The notes beneath the pieces were generated by a model that saw nothing but the letters and a program-made list of their open reading frames with translations, was not told the DNA's origin and did no database searches. From Fidelibacterota bacterium (GTDB taxonomy: Bacteria; Fidelibacterota; Marinisomatia; Marinisomatales; S15-B10), in NCBI GenBank assembly GCA_046861655.1, contig JBHIAI010000004.1:1-48912 (forward strand): DNA of 48,912 bases, in the 5' to 3' direction. Shown in pieces: positions 18,889 through 27,068 of this stretch. Numbering within the stretch: position 1 is the first letter of the stretch; every line of letters begins with the position of its first letter. The translations under genes were made by a program, and so were the position numbers.

Positions 18889-19453
18889 GTTAAACTCCCC
18901 TGACTGTCTCCCCAGGGCTGAGCAGGTTATCCTTGAAGGAGGCCTCCTGGTCTATCCCACCGACACCCTTTACGGATTCGGCGTGGATGCCCGCAGTCCC
19001 ACGGCTCTGGAACTCCTGACCCGGATAAAGGGCAGGGGTGGACCCTACAGCATCGCCGTGGCCAGCCTCGAAATGGTGGAAACCCATGGGGACATTCCAG
19101 ACGAAAGGAGGGCGTTTGTCCTGTCCCATCTTCCCGGAAAGGTAACGATCATCGTGAAGGCAAGAACCCAGGGACTCTCGTCCCGGGTTCTGGGCCCGGG
19201 GGGAACGGTGGGAATCCGGATGCCCGACCACCCCTTTCCCACGAAACTCACAGAAAGACTCAATTTCCCCATCACCACCACCAGCGTCAATCGAACCGGA
19301 GAACCGCCGTTGAACGATCCAGCGGCCATCGCCCGCCAATTCGCAAACGATGTGGATTTGATCGTGGACGGGGGACCCCTCCCCGCGTCAAGAGGGTCCA
19401 CGGTTTACGATCTCACTGGGAAGGAAATCGCCGTCCTTCGCAATCCTTCATGA
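18872..19453 (+). CDS. tsaC: L-threonylcarbamoyladenylate synthase (TsaC/YrdC)
   Basis: YPTDTLYG, KGR, PG..T, GIRMPDH, TTSVN, ST. Confidence 0.92.
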   Translation: MAPICKLNSPDCLPRAEQVILEGGLLVYPTDTLYGFGVDARSPTALELLTRIKGRGGPYSIAVASLEMVETHGDIPDERRAFVLSHLPGKVTIIVKARTQGLSSRVLGPGGTVGIRMPDHPFPTKLTERLNFPITTTSVNRTGEPPLNDPAAIARQFANDVDLIVDGGPLPASRGSTVYDLTGKEIAVLRNPS

Positions 19454-20166
19454 AGGGGCGTTCTTTCTGTGGGTGTCTGATCCTGTGGGTGCCCCTGTTC
19501 GTCTGGGGCCAGGCTCTCCTCCCTTTGAAGGTGGGAGAAACCCTCCAGTATGAATCCAGGATCAACCTCATTCCCACAGGATCGGCTCAACTTCAGGTTT
19601 CAGGCCTGGAATCTCTCGATGGCGATTCGGTTTACCACATCGTATTCACGGTGTGGACAAACCGTGTCCTTGACCGCGTATTCAAGATTCGGGACAGGAT
19701 CGAGACCTGGATCGACGTGACGGATCTTTCCACCAGAAGGTTTTCCAAGAAGATCCGGGAGGGGAACTACCGTCACGAGTTCCTGGCAACCATCGACTAC
19801 GAGGATTCCATGGTCACCGCCGGGGAAGATTCTTTCCGGATCTACCGGGAACTAAGGGATCCTTACTCCCTCTTGTACTACCTGAGAGCCATCCCTCTTA
19901 AGGTGGGGGATCTTCTGGCCTTCACCACCTTCGATAATGGAGAATTCATCGACTTCCAGGTGACGGTTCACCGCCGGGAAACGGTTCGCGTCCCGGCCGG
20001 GATATTCCACTCCCTGGTGATCGAACCCTTCAGGGACGGGACCCACCTTTTGAAAAACAAAGGGGACATGACGATCTGGCTCACGGACGATGAAAAGAGG
20101 ATCCCGGTAAAGATTGTGTCGAAAACCAATTTCGGCTCTATGGTTTTCAGGCTTCGAACCCCTTAG
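19450..20166 (+). CDS. Exported DUF3108-like protein
   Basis: Signal peptide; GE.L.Y, DP.S..Y..R, E...VPAG.F, IW.TDD..RIPVKI. Confidence 0.75.
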   Translation: MKGRSFCGCLILWVPLFVWGQALLPLKVGETLQYESRINLIPTGSAQLQVSGLESLDGDSVYHIVFTVWTNRVLDRVFKIRDRIETWIDVTDLSTRRFSKKIREGNYRHEFLATIDYEDSMVTAGEDSFRIYRELRDPYSLLYYLRAIPLKVGDLLAFTTFDNGEFIDFQVTVHRRETVRVPAGIFHSLVIEPFRDGTHLLKNKGDMTIWLTDDEKRIPVKIVSKTNFGSMVFRLRTP

Positions 20167-20191
20167 GAGCGCAGAATAGCCTGCACTCCTA
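20164..20191. terminator. Hairpin between convergent stop codons (possible bidirectional terminator)
   Basis: TAGGAG-c-GCAG...CTGC-a-CTCCTA spanning both stops; no U-tract. Confidence 0.35.
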
Positions 20192-21367
20192 GGGAAGCCA
20201 CCCTACCCGGGTCAGGTCATTATACATAACCACCAGAACAAGCAGGAATAACAGGGCCATCCCCGCCTGCTGGATGATCATCCTGGCCTTCATGGAAATG
20301 CGATGGCGGGATACGGACTCGACAATGAGAATGAGGAGATGACCTCCGTCCAGGCCCGGGATAGGCACCAGGTTGATAAAGGCCAGATGTACACTGATGA
20401 TGGCCAGAAGGAATAGAAGATCCACAAAACCTGCCTGGGCAGCCTCTCCCGCAAGCTGGGCAATCAGAATGGGTCCCCCGATCTCCCGGATGGAGGCTTC
20501 GCCGGACACAATGAGTTTCAGGGAATGGACGATCACCCCAAACCAGGCGCCGGTTCTCAAGAATCCCTCTTTCACAGACTCGAAGAGACCCACCGTGCGA
20601 ACCTTATACTCGGGGTGAATCCCGATAACTCCTACCTCCACGACCTTTCCTTCCAGCGGCAACCGGTCCTGCCGGGTCGTGACTTCCGCCGACATGAGCT
20701 CTTCCCCCCGCCGCCACATCACCACGAGAGTCTCCAGCGGACGGTCATGGATGATGTCCGCCATTTGCTCCCAGCTCTCCACGGCCGTCCCATCGACGGC
20801 TACAACCGTATCCCCGGCCCGGATACCTGCCTGGGCAGCGGGAAAATCGGGGACGACCTGTCCCACCGTGGGCCGGTCCGACGGTTCGTGAATGCCCACT
20901 GTCAGGGTGAGGGCTGAAAACACCACCACAGCCAGCAGGAGATTCATCACCACTCCCGCGGACATCACCCAGATCTGCTGGAGGTTTGTCTTTGACGACA
21001 GTTCGTCTGGCGATCCCTGAATCCGGTCATCGAGGCTTTCATCTATGGTGCCCGCCATTTTCACGTAGCCCCCCAGAGGCACAAGACCCACGGAATACTC
21101 CGTTCCGGTGGGCCGGGAAAGGGAACGGGAAATGACCTTCTCCACCACGGGTGCCCATTCCACCTTACCGGAAGGACCCTTTTTGAAGAAGAAAGCCCTG
21201 AACACCCATCCTGAGGAGGTAGGTGTGAAGGAGACGATCCTGGGAGGAAACAGAAGGGAAAACCTGTCCACTCGCACCCCAACCGACCGGGCGGCCAGGA
21301 AGTGGCCTAGCTCATGGATAAGAATGAGACCTGCCAGCACAAACACTATCCCCAGGATCGTTGTCAT
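20189..21367 (-). CDS. rseP: RIP metalloprotease RseP
   Basis: HELGH, PLGGYVKM, a PDZ domain, NLVPIPGLDGG. Confidence 0.95.
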   Translation of the reverse strand: MTTILGIVFVLAGLILIHELGHFLAARSVGVRVDRFSLLFPPRIVSFTPTSSGWVFRAFFFKKGPSGKVEWAPVVEKVISRSLSRPTGTEYSVGLVPLGGYVKMAGTIDESLDDRIQGSPDELSSKTNLQQIWVMSAGVVMNLLLAVVVFSALTLTVGIHEPSDRPTVGQVVPDFPAAQAGIRAGDTVVAVDGTAVESWEQMADIIHDRPLETLVVMWRRGEELMSAEVTTRQDRLPLEGKVVEVGVIGIHPEYKVRTVGLFESVKEGFLRTGAWFGVIVHSLKLIVSGEASIREIGGPILIAQLAGEAAQAGFVDLLFLLAIISVHLAFINLVPIPGLDGGHLLILIVESVSRHRISMKARMIIQQAGMALLFLLVLVVMYNDLTRVGWLP

Positions 21368-22533
21368 GCCGTCGTCTCCTCGGGAAGGTGACCGAGAACA
21401 AATCTTTCTCCCCAGGTCTCAAGTTCCAGAAGATCCTCCAGGGAAGGGTCGCGGATGAAGGGGTGCTCTCTCACCGCGGACTCCACGATTTCAGAGATGT
21501 TCTGAAAAGGAATGTCCCCGTCCAGAAAGTGCTTCACCGCGTGATCATTGGCCACATTCAGACAGGCGGGGGCGGATCCTCCCTTCTCGAGACACGCATA
21601 AGCCAGGGCAATCAAGGGAAATTTCTCCAGATCAGGTTCCTCGAACGTCAGGGGAGAATGGTCGGGAAAGCTCATGGTTTCCCATGACGCTTTCCTGCGC
21701 TCCGGAAACGTCAGGGCATACTGAATGGGTATCTTCATGTCCGGAAGTCCCAGCTGGGCCTTGATGGAACCATCGATGAATTCCACCATGCTGTGAATGA
21801 TGGACTGGGGGTGAATCACGATATCGATCTGGCTCCCGTCCAGGCGGAAAAGCCAGTGGGCCTCAATGACTTCCAGACCCTTATTCATCATGGTGGCGGA
21901 GTCGATGGTTATCTTGCTCCCCATTTTCCAGTTGGGGTGGGTAAGGGCCTCCTGGACAGTAATCCGGGAGAACTCCTGGAGGGGTCGTGTCCGGAAAGGA
22001 CCGCCCGATCCCGTCAGAATGAGCCTTCGGATCCGGCTCGAGTCTTCCCCCACAAGACACTGCCAGATGGCGCTGTGTTCGCTGTCCACGGGAAGAATTC
22101 TGGCCCCCGTTTCACCTTTGATTCTCTCGATCAGGGCACCGGCCATGACCAGGCTCTCCTTGTTGCTCAGGGCCACATCGACGCCCGCCCTTATGGCCAG
22201 TACCGTCGGTTCCATTCCGGAGCTGCCCACCAGGGCGTTCAGGGCAAGATCCACGTCGTCCCGGCGGGCAATCTCCAGGAGTCCTTCCCGGCCCGCAAGA
22301 ACCTCGATTCCCCTTTCTTCCAAGGATCCGGCCGCCTCCCTGGCAGCGTCAGCATCCACCAGGGCCACGGTCCGAGGGGTGTACTTCCTGGCCTGTTCCA
22401 CCAGCAGCCGGGCGTTGGAACCGGCGGTCAAGTACCGAACGGAGAATTCCCCGGGGAGGTTATCCACCACCTTCAGCGCATTCTGTCCGATGGATCCCGT
22501 GGAGCCCAGGACTGAAATGGATTTGGCCATCAT
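21364..22533 (-). CDS. dxr: 1-deoxy-D-xylulose-5-phosphate reductoisomerase
   Basis: LGSTGSIG, NKESLV, PVDSEH, HPNW.MG.KITIDSATMMNKGLE. Confidence 0.97.
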   Translation of the reverse strand: MMAKSISVLGSTGSIGQNALKVVDNLPGEFSVRYLTAGSNARLLVEQARKYTPRTVALVDADAAREAAGSLEERGIEVLAGREGLLEIARRDDVDLALNALVGSSGMEPTVLAIRAGVDVALSNKESLVMAGALIERIKGETGARILPVDSEHSAIWQCLVGEDSSRIRRLILTGSGGPFRTRPLQEFSRITVQEALTHPNWKMGSKITIDSATMMNKGLEVIEAHWLFRLDGSQIDIVIHPQSIIHSMVEFIDGSIKAQLGLPDMKIPIQYALTFPERRKASWETMSFPDHSPLTFEEPDLEKFPLIALAYACLEKGGSAPACLNVANDHAVKHFLDGDIPFQNISEIVESAVREHPFIRDPSLEDLLELETWGERFVLGHLPEETTA

Positions 22534-23306
22534 CCGATGAGTTTCCGGATTCCGATCCCCAGGCCCAGGGAAGAAGAACCGAGGTTTGCCTCCACCGTTC
22601 CTTCCACCCCGGAAGCCACCCGGCGTCGAATGCCAAAGAAAATGGTTGTGATCTGCCCTTTCATCCGCTTGCTTAGATTCAGTTGAGGATCGGAGTTACG
22701 AATATGGATCCCGGCGTCGAAGCCGTTCAATCCTAAACCGATCCACCCTTCCAAACCTCGGTAATTTATCCCTCTTGCCAATCCAGCATCAACGGTTTTC
22801 AGAAAGAAATCATCGGGACCCTGAAGGTTGCCCATGAGGATCTGAATCATCCACACCCAGGAAATACCCCGGTCCGGCGACACCTTCAGGTTCAAGCCGT
22901 ATCTTGTCAGGATCACCACGTCTTCCCCAGACACAAACCCGGAATACAGCCCGTTCACGGCCAGATTGGAGGTGACCCGGTAATGGCCGTACACGGCCGG
23001 GATGATCCCTGGGGTGCCCATACCGGGGGACAGGCCGGCCCAGCGGGAAGCACCGCTGGCCAGAAGGAATCCCACGGCCAACCGCTCTGTGGACGAAGGA
23101 GAAGGCATGCCCCCGAGAGAGGTCTGAAGGGCCAGAGTGGAAAAAAAGGGACGGGCCTGTCGATCAAAGTCTCCCTCCACCCACCCACCGATATCATAAT
23201 CCGGTTGCTGCCCGGAGAGATTCAACGGTAGCGAGACAGCGGAAAGAGACAGACAGACAGCGAAAACCCTAAATGAGGCCCCTCTTGCTGGATTTAACAA
23301 AGGCAA
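22530..23306 (-). CDS. Hypothetical exported, probably beta-barrel protein
   Basis: Fills the lpxA-dxr gap; TTG start with AGGA SD overlapping the lpxA 3' end; signal-like hydrophobic stretch; alternating beta-strand pattern. Confidence 0.65.
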   Translation of the reverse strand: MPLLNPARGASFRVFAVCLSLSAVSLPLNLSGQQPDYDIGGWVEGDFDRQARPFFSTLALQTSLGGMPSPSSTERLAVGFLLASGASRWAGLSPGMGTPGIIPAVYGHYRVTSNLAVNGLYSGFVSGEDVVILTRYGLNLKVSPDRGISWVWMIQILMGNLQGPDDFFLKTVDAGLARGINYRGLEGWIGLGLNGFDAGIHIRNSDPQLNLSKRMKGQITTIFFGIRRRVASGVEGTVEANLGSSSLGLGIGIRKLIG

Positions 23307-24042
23307 TGATTTCCTGAATTTCCCTGGTCTGGGGTAAGGTTGACTCGATTTCTTTCAGGGCCTGGCCCCTGTTCATGGACGATTGATAGATCAGCCGGTA
23401 AGCCCTCTTGATGTTGCGACGGGCCTCATCACTGAATCCTCTTCTCTTGAGCCCCACCGAATTAATACCGGAGAATCTCAGGGGCTCTCCGGCCGCCACG
23501 ATGTAGGGGGGAACATCCTGGACCGCCCGGAATCCCCCGCCGATGTAGGCATGTTCCCCAATCCGGCAGAACTGGTGTACGGCCACCATGCCCCCCACGG
23601 TAGCCCACGGGCCGACCCATGCGTGCCCTCCCAGTTGAACCGCGTTGGTTAGAATCACATGGTCGCCCACAAAGCAATCGTGGGCGACGTGAACGTAGGC
23701 CATGAGGTAGGTCTGATCACCGATTTCAGTTTCTCCCCGGGCTTTGGTCCCCCTGTGAATGGTGATGAACTCCCGGATGGTCACATCGTCTCCGATCACG
23801 ACACGGGTGTCCTCTCCCCCGAATTTCAGGTCCTGGGGGATTTCTCCGATGACCGCACCGTGCATCACTTTGCACCGTTTCCCCAGGTGGGTCCCTGTGC
23901 ACAAGGTCGCGTGATTCCCGATCCAGGTGTCCTCACCGATCTCCACGCCCGCCTGGATAACCGTGTACGCCCCAATGTGAACATCGGAGCCGATGGCCGA
24001 AGAGGAATCGACCACGGCCGTCGGATGGATGGCCGTGGCGAT
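23269..24042 (-). CDS. lpxA: UDP-N-acetylglucosamine O-acyltransferase
   Basis: Hexapeptide repeats, PQDLKF, IREF.TIHRGT, HVAHDC, VHQFC.IG. The conserved IHPTA lies upstream of the first canonical start (GTG 24015), so the start is placed at ATC 24042. Confidence 0.95.
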   Translation of the reverse strand: MATAIHPTAVVDSSSAIGSDVHIGAYTVIQAGVEIGEDTWIGNHATLCTGTHLGKRCKVMHGAVIGEIPQDLKFGGEDTRVVIGDDVTIREFITIHRGTKARGETEIGDQTYLMAYVHVAHDCFVGDHVILTNAVQLGGHAWVGPWATVGGMVAVHQFCRIGEHAYIGGGFRAVQDVPPYIVAAGEPLRFSGINSVGLKRRGFSDEARRNIKRAYRLIYQSSMNRGQALKEIESTLPQTREIQEIIAFVKSSKRGLI

Positions 24043-24044
24043 GG

Positions 24045-24482
24045 TTATCCCTTTCTGTCGCCAATGGTGGCCAGAAAAACCGTTTCCGCTACCAGGTCAT
24101 CTCCCACGAACGCCTTCCCCTCGATCTTGCAGGAACCCAGCCGGAATTTGAGAAGTCTCATCTCAAACCTGAGCTGGTCCCCGGGTACAACCGGTTGGCG
24201 AAATCTGGCACCCTCGATGCGAGAAAGATACATGAGCTTGGTTTCCGGATTCTCCACGGTGTGAAGAAGAAGGAAACCCCCGGCCTGGGCCATCCCCTCC
24301 AGAATCAATACCCCGGGCATGATGGGTCGACCCGGAAAGTGACCCTGGAAATAGGGCTCATTGATAGAGACATTCTTGATGGCCACCAGGGATTCTCCAG
24401 GATCCATCTCCACGATTCGGTCCACCAGGAGAAACGGGTAGCGATGAGGAATGATTTCTTGTATGGCATCACTGTCAAGCAT
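24045..24482 (-). CDS. fabZ: 3-hydroxyacyl-ACP dehydratase
   Basis: PHRYPFLLVD, KNVSINE..F.GHFP..P.MPGVL..E.MAQ. Confidence 0.97.
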   Translation of the reverse strand: MLDSDAIQEIIPHRYPFLLVDRIVEMDPGESLVAIKNVSINEPYFQGHFPGRPIMPGVLILEGMAQAGGFLLLHTVENPETKLMYLSRIEGARFRQPVVPGDQLRFEMRLLKFRLGSCKIEGKAFVGDDLVAETVFLATIGDRKG

Positions 24483-25398
24483 GGCTCAGAGTTACCCTCC
24501 GGATTCGTCTTACCAGTTCCACGTGAGAGGAATGACCCGACCGGGTGGCGATCACGTGGCCCTTCAAGGGCTGGCCAAGAAGGGCAAGATCTCCTATGAT
24601 GTCCAGGACTTTGTGCCTCACCGGCTCGTTCTCGAATCTCAACGGAATGCCTTGAAGAATGCCGTTGGACCCGATGAAAAGCTCCCGGTCCGTCTTAAAC
24701 AAAGATTTAAGTCGCCGCACCTCCCTGTCACCCAGTTCCCTGTCAGCGATAACAAGGGCGTTGTCAAGATTCCCTCCTTTTGCCAGCCCTTTCTGCTTCA
24801 AGTCCTCCAGTTCACTCAAGAAACAGTAGGTCCGGGCGGGAGCGATCTGTTGGGCAAAGTCGTTCAGGGATTTCAGGGTCATTCTTTGATACCCGGGCAC
24901 AGCATGCTCATACTGGAGGGTGCAGGTGACCCTGAAATCCTGGGAAGGAATCACCTCGATGGATGTCCCGGAGCCCTTCTCGGAGTACCTGACAGGTTCT
25001 TCAACTTCCAGGATTTGCCTCGGCACCCGCTGGGGCAGGATTCGTCCTTTGACAAGGGCCTCCACAAAACCCCTGGCGCTTCCATCAAGGGCTGGAGGTT
25101 CCTTATTCGTGAGTTCCACCTGGATGTTGTCTATCTCCAACCCTGCCACCGCCGCCAGAACGTGCTCCACCGTGTGGACAAGGACTCCGTTCGCCGAAAG
25201 CACCGTTCCCCGGGAGATGTCGGTTACCCGGTCAATATCCGCCACTATTTCGGGCGCTCCGGGAAGGTCAGACCTGATGAACCGGATTCCACTGTTCTCC
25301 GGGGCAGGGTGAAACGTGATAGACGTCTCCACTCCCGTATGGAGACCCGTACCGGACACAGTGACCGGACTGCCAATTGTCTGCTGGACAGGATTCAT
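24475..25398 (-). CDS. lpxC: UDP-3-O-acyl-GlcNAc deacetylase
   Basis: G.GLHTG, TVEHVLAA, EPP.LDGS, IAPARTY, RHKVLDIIGDL, GH. Confidence 0.96.
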   Translation of the reverse strand: MNPVQQTIGSPVTVSGTGLHTGVETSITFHPAPENSGIRFIRSDLPGAPEIVADIDRVTDISRGTVLSANGVLVHTVEHVLAAVAGLEIDNIQVELTNKEPPALDGSARGFVEALVKGRILPQRVPRQILEVEEPVRYSEKGSGTSIEVIPSQDFRVTCTLQYEHAVPGYQRMTLKSLNDFAQQIAPARTYCFLSELEDLKQKGLAKGGNLDNALVIADRELGDREVRRLKSLFKTDRELFIGSNGILQGIPLRFENEPVRHKVLDIIGDLALLGQPLKGHVIATRSGHSSHVELVRRIRRVTLSHA

Positions 25399-26417
25399 CC
25401 GTTCCCTTTGAGCCGGGAAACTTCAGACTCCAGCTCTTGGATTTTCCTCACCAGTTCAGGCAGCCGCCTGACCAGGGCATCCAGCCTGTTCTTCTCCCTG
25501 ATGTCCCGGGCTGGCATGCCCGCATACGTTTTCCCTCCAGGAACCGACTTGGTAATGGCTGCCTTGGCGGCCACGCGGGCTCCATCGCCTACTTCCACAT
25601 GGTCCACCACTCCCGATTGACCCGCAAAGACCACGTGATCCCCGATAATGGTACTCCCGGCGATTCCCACCTGTGCCGTCACCAGGCATCCCCTTCCCAA
25701 TCTGACGTTATGGGCAATATGAACCAGGTTGTCCAGTTTCGACCCGTCTCCGATGACCGTGTCGCCAAGGGTACCACGGTCGATAGCACAATTGGCGCCG
25801 ATTTCAACATCATTTCCGATTACGACCCTTCCCATCTGACGGAGACTGTGGTGAATTCCTTCTTCTGTCTCGTACCCGAAGCCCCGGCTGCCGATGACGG
25901 TTCCGCTGTGAACAACCACCCGGTCTCCGAGGACACAATTCCGGTAGAGACAGACATGGAATTTGAGTTCGGTACCCTGTCCGATTTCACATCCCTGGCC
26001 CACATACGAATGGGGACCGATAACCACATTGTCCCCCAGAATCGACCGATCTTCCACCACGGCGTAAGCCCCCACGGCCACGTCGGTTCCCAGCTTGACG
26101 CTGGGTCCCACCCGGGCGGTGGAATGGACTTCCCTGGGAATGGGGACAGGGGGGGAAAAATGATCCATTATTTCGGAAAATGACAGGACGGGGTTGTCCA
26201 CCCGGATGGCGTTCAGGCCCCCTACATCCTCGTTCCGGGAGACTACCACCGCTGACGCCCCGGTATCTTTCAGGTACTTCCGGTACCGGGGATCGTGAAG
26301 AAAAGATATGGATCCCGGCGATGCCTGCCGGAGTTCGGCCACCCCGTTGATATCCACGTCGGGATCCCCGACAATTTCACCTTGTACCAGGGCGGCCAGT
26401 TCCCTGAGGGTGGCCAA
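25395..26417 (-). CDS. lpxD: UDP-3-O-(3-hydroxyacyl)glucosamine N-acyltransferase
   Basis: Hexapeptide repeats, GFGY, Q.G.V.IG.DVEIGAN..IDRG, KLDNLVHIAHN. Confidence 0.96.
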   Translation of the reverse strand: MATLRELAALVQGEIVGDPDVDINGVAELRQASPGSISFLHDPRYRKYLKDTGASAVVVSRNEDVGGLNAIRVDNPVLSFSEIMDHFSPPVPIPREVHSTARVGPSVKLGTDVAVGAYAVVEDRSILGDNVVIGPHSYVGQGCEIGQGTELKFHVCLYRNCVLGDRVVVHSGTVIGSRGFGYETEEGIHHSLRQMGRVVIGNDVEIGANCAIDRGTLGDTVIGDGSKLDNLVHIAHNVRLGRGCLVTAQVGIAGSTIIGDHVVFAGQSGVVDHVEVGDGARVAAKAAITKSVPGGKTYAGMPARDIREKNRLDALVRRLPELVRKIQELESEVSRLKGNG

Positions 26418-26420
26418 GGA

Positions 26421-26966
26421 CTACTTACCTGCCTCGGCTTCGCCCTCGCTCAGTTTCCGCAGTTCGTGCAGAACGTCATCGGTCAGATTGTGCGTGGGCT
26501 TGCCATAAAGGAGTGCCATGGAATCAAACACGTAATCATACCCTTTGGCAATGGCAACGCTGTTAACCGCCTGCTGAACCTTCTGAATGATTTTCGATTC
26601 CAGCTCAAGCTGTTTCTGGTACAGATCTCCTTCCGGACCGACTTTCTTCACCTGGTAATCCTGAACCTTCCGCTCGAGACCGGCAATCTCTTTTTCCTTT
26701 TCCTGTCTCCATTCCGGGGAACTCATGAGACGGCGTGTTTCGAACACCCGGCGGAGACTGTCCAGCCGGTCAGTCATGGTTTGAAATTCGTACTGCACCT
26801 TCCGGAATTCCAGCTGGAGCTCACCTTCCGCCTTCCTGAACTCCTCGTACTCGGCCCGGATCCGGTCCGACTGGACAAACCCCACTTTTAGCTGCCCAAA
26901 CCCCGCGCCTGGAACCAGGACTCCCAGGAAAAGCACTTTCCTCCATGTCGACAACTTCACATTCAC
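26421..26966 (-). CDS. skp: OmpH/Skp periplasmic chaperone
   Basis: Signal peptide, LKVGFV, long coiled coil, GYDYVFD...LLY...NLTD.VL; lies between bamA and lpxD. Confidence 0.92.
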   Translation of the reverse strand: MNVKLSTWRKVLFLGVLVPGAGFGQLKVGFVQSDRIRAEYEEFRKAEGELQLEFRKVQYEFQTMTDRLDSLRRVFETRRLMSSPEWRQEKEKEIAGLERKVQDYQVKKVGPEGDLYQKQLELESKIIQKVQQAVNSVAIAKGYDYVFDSMALLYGKPTHNLTDDVLHELRKLSEGEAEAGK

Positions 26967-27068
26967 CTCCGATTGAGTTGAAACGGTTGGACTAAGATGA
27001 TCTGTCCGGCATGCGGCCGGAATTTACAACCGGGAACCCTAGGAGGGAAGGATTCGAACCCTTCCCCC

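Noticed and set aside
24451..26183. 389-aa and 268-aa plus-strand ORFs
   Set aside because: Antisense to lpxC/lpxD, with no independent coding signal.
27045..27066. GGTTCGAATCC T-loop-like hairpin just after the bamA stop (minus strand), suggesting a tRNA or att remnant
   Set aside because: No D-arm, anticodon arm or acceptor stem, the upstream sequence is bamA coding, and no integrase is nearby. It is more likely a simple mRNA hairpin.
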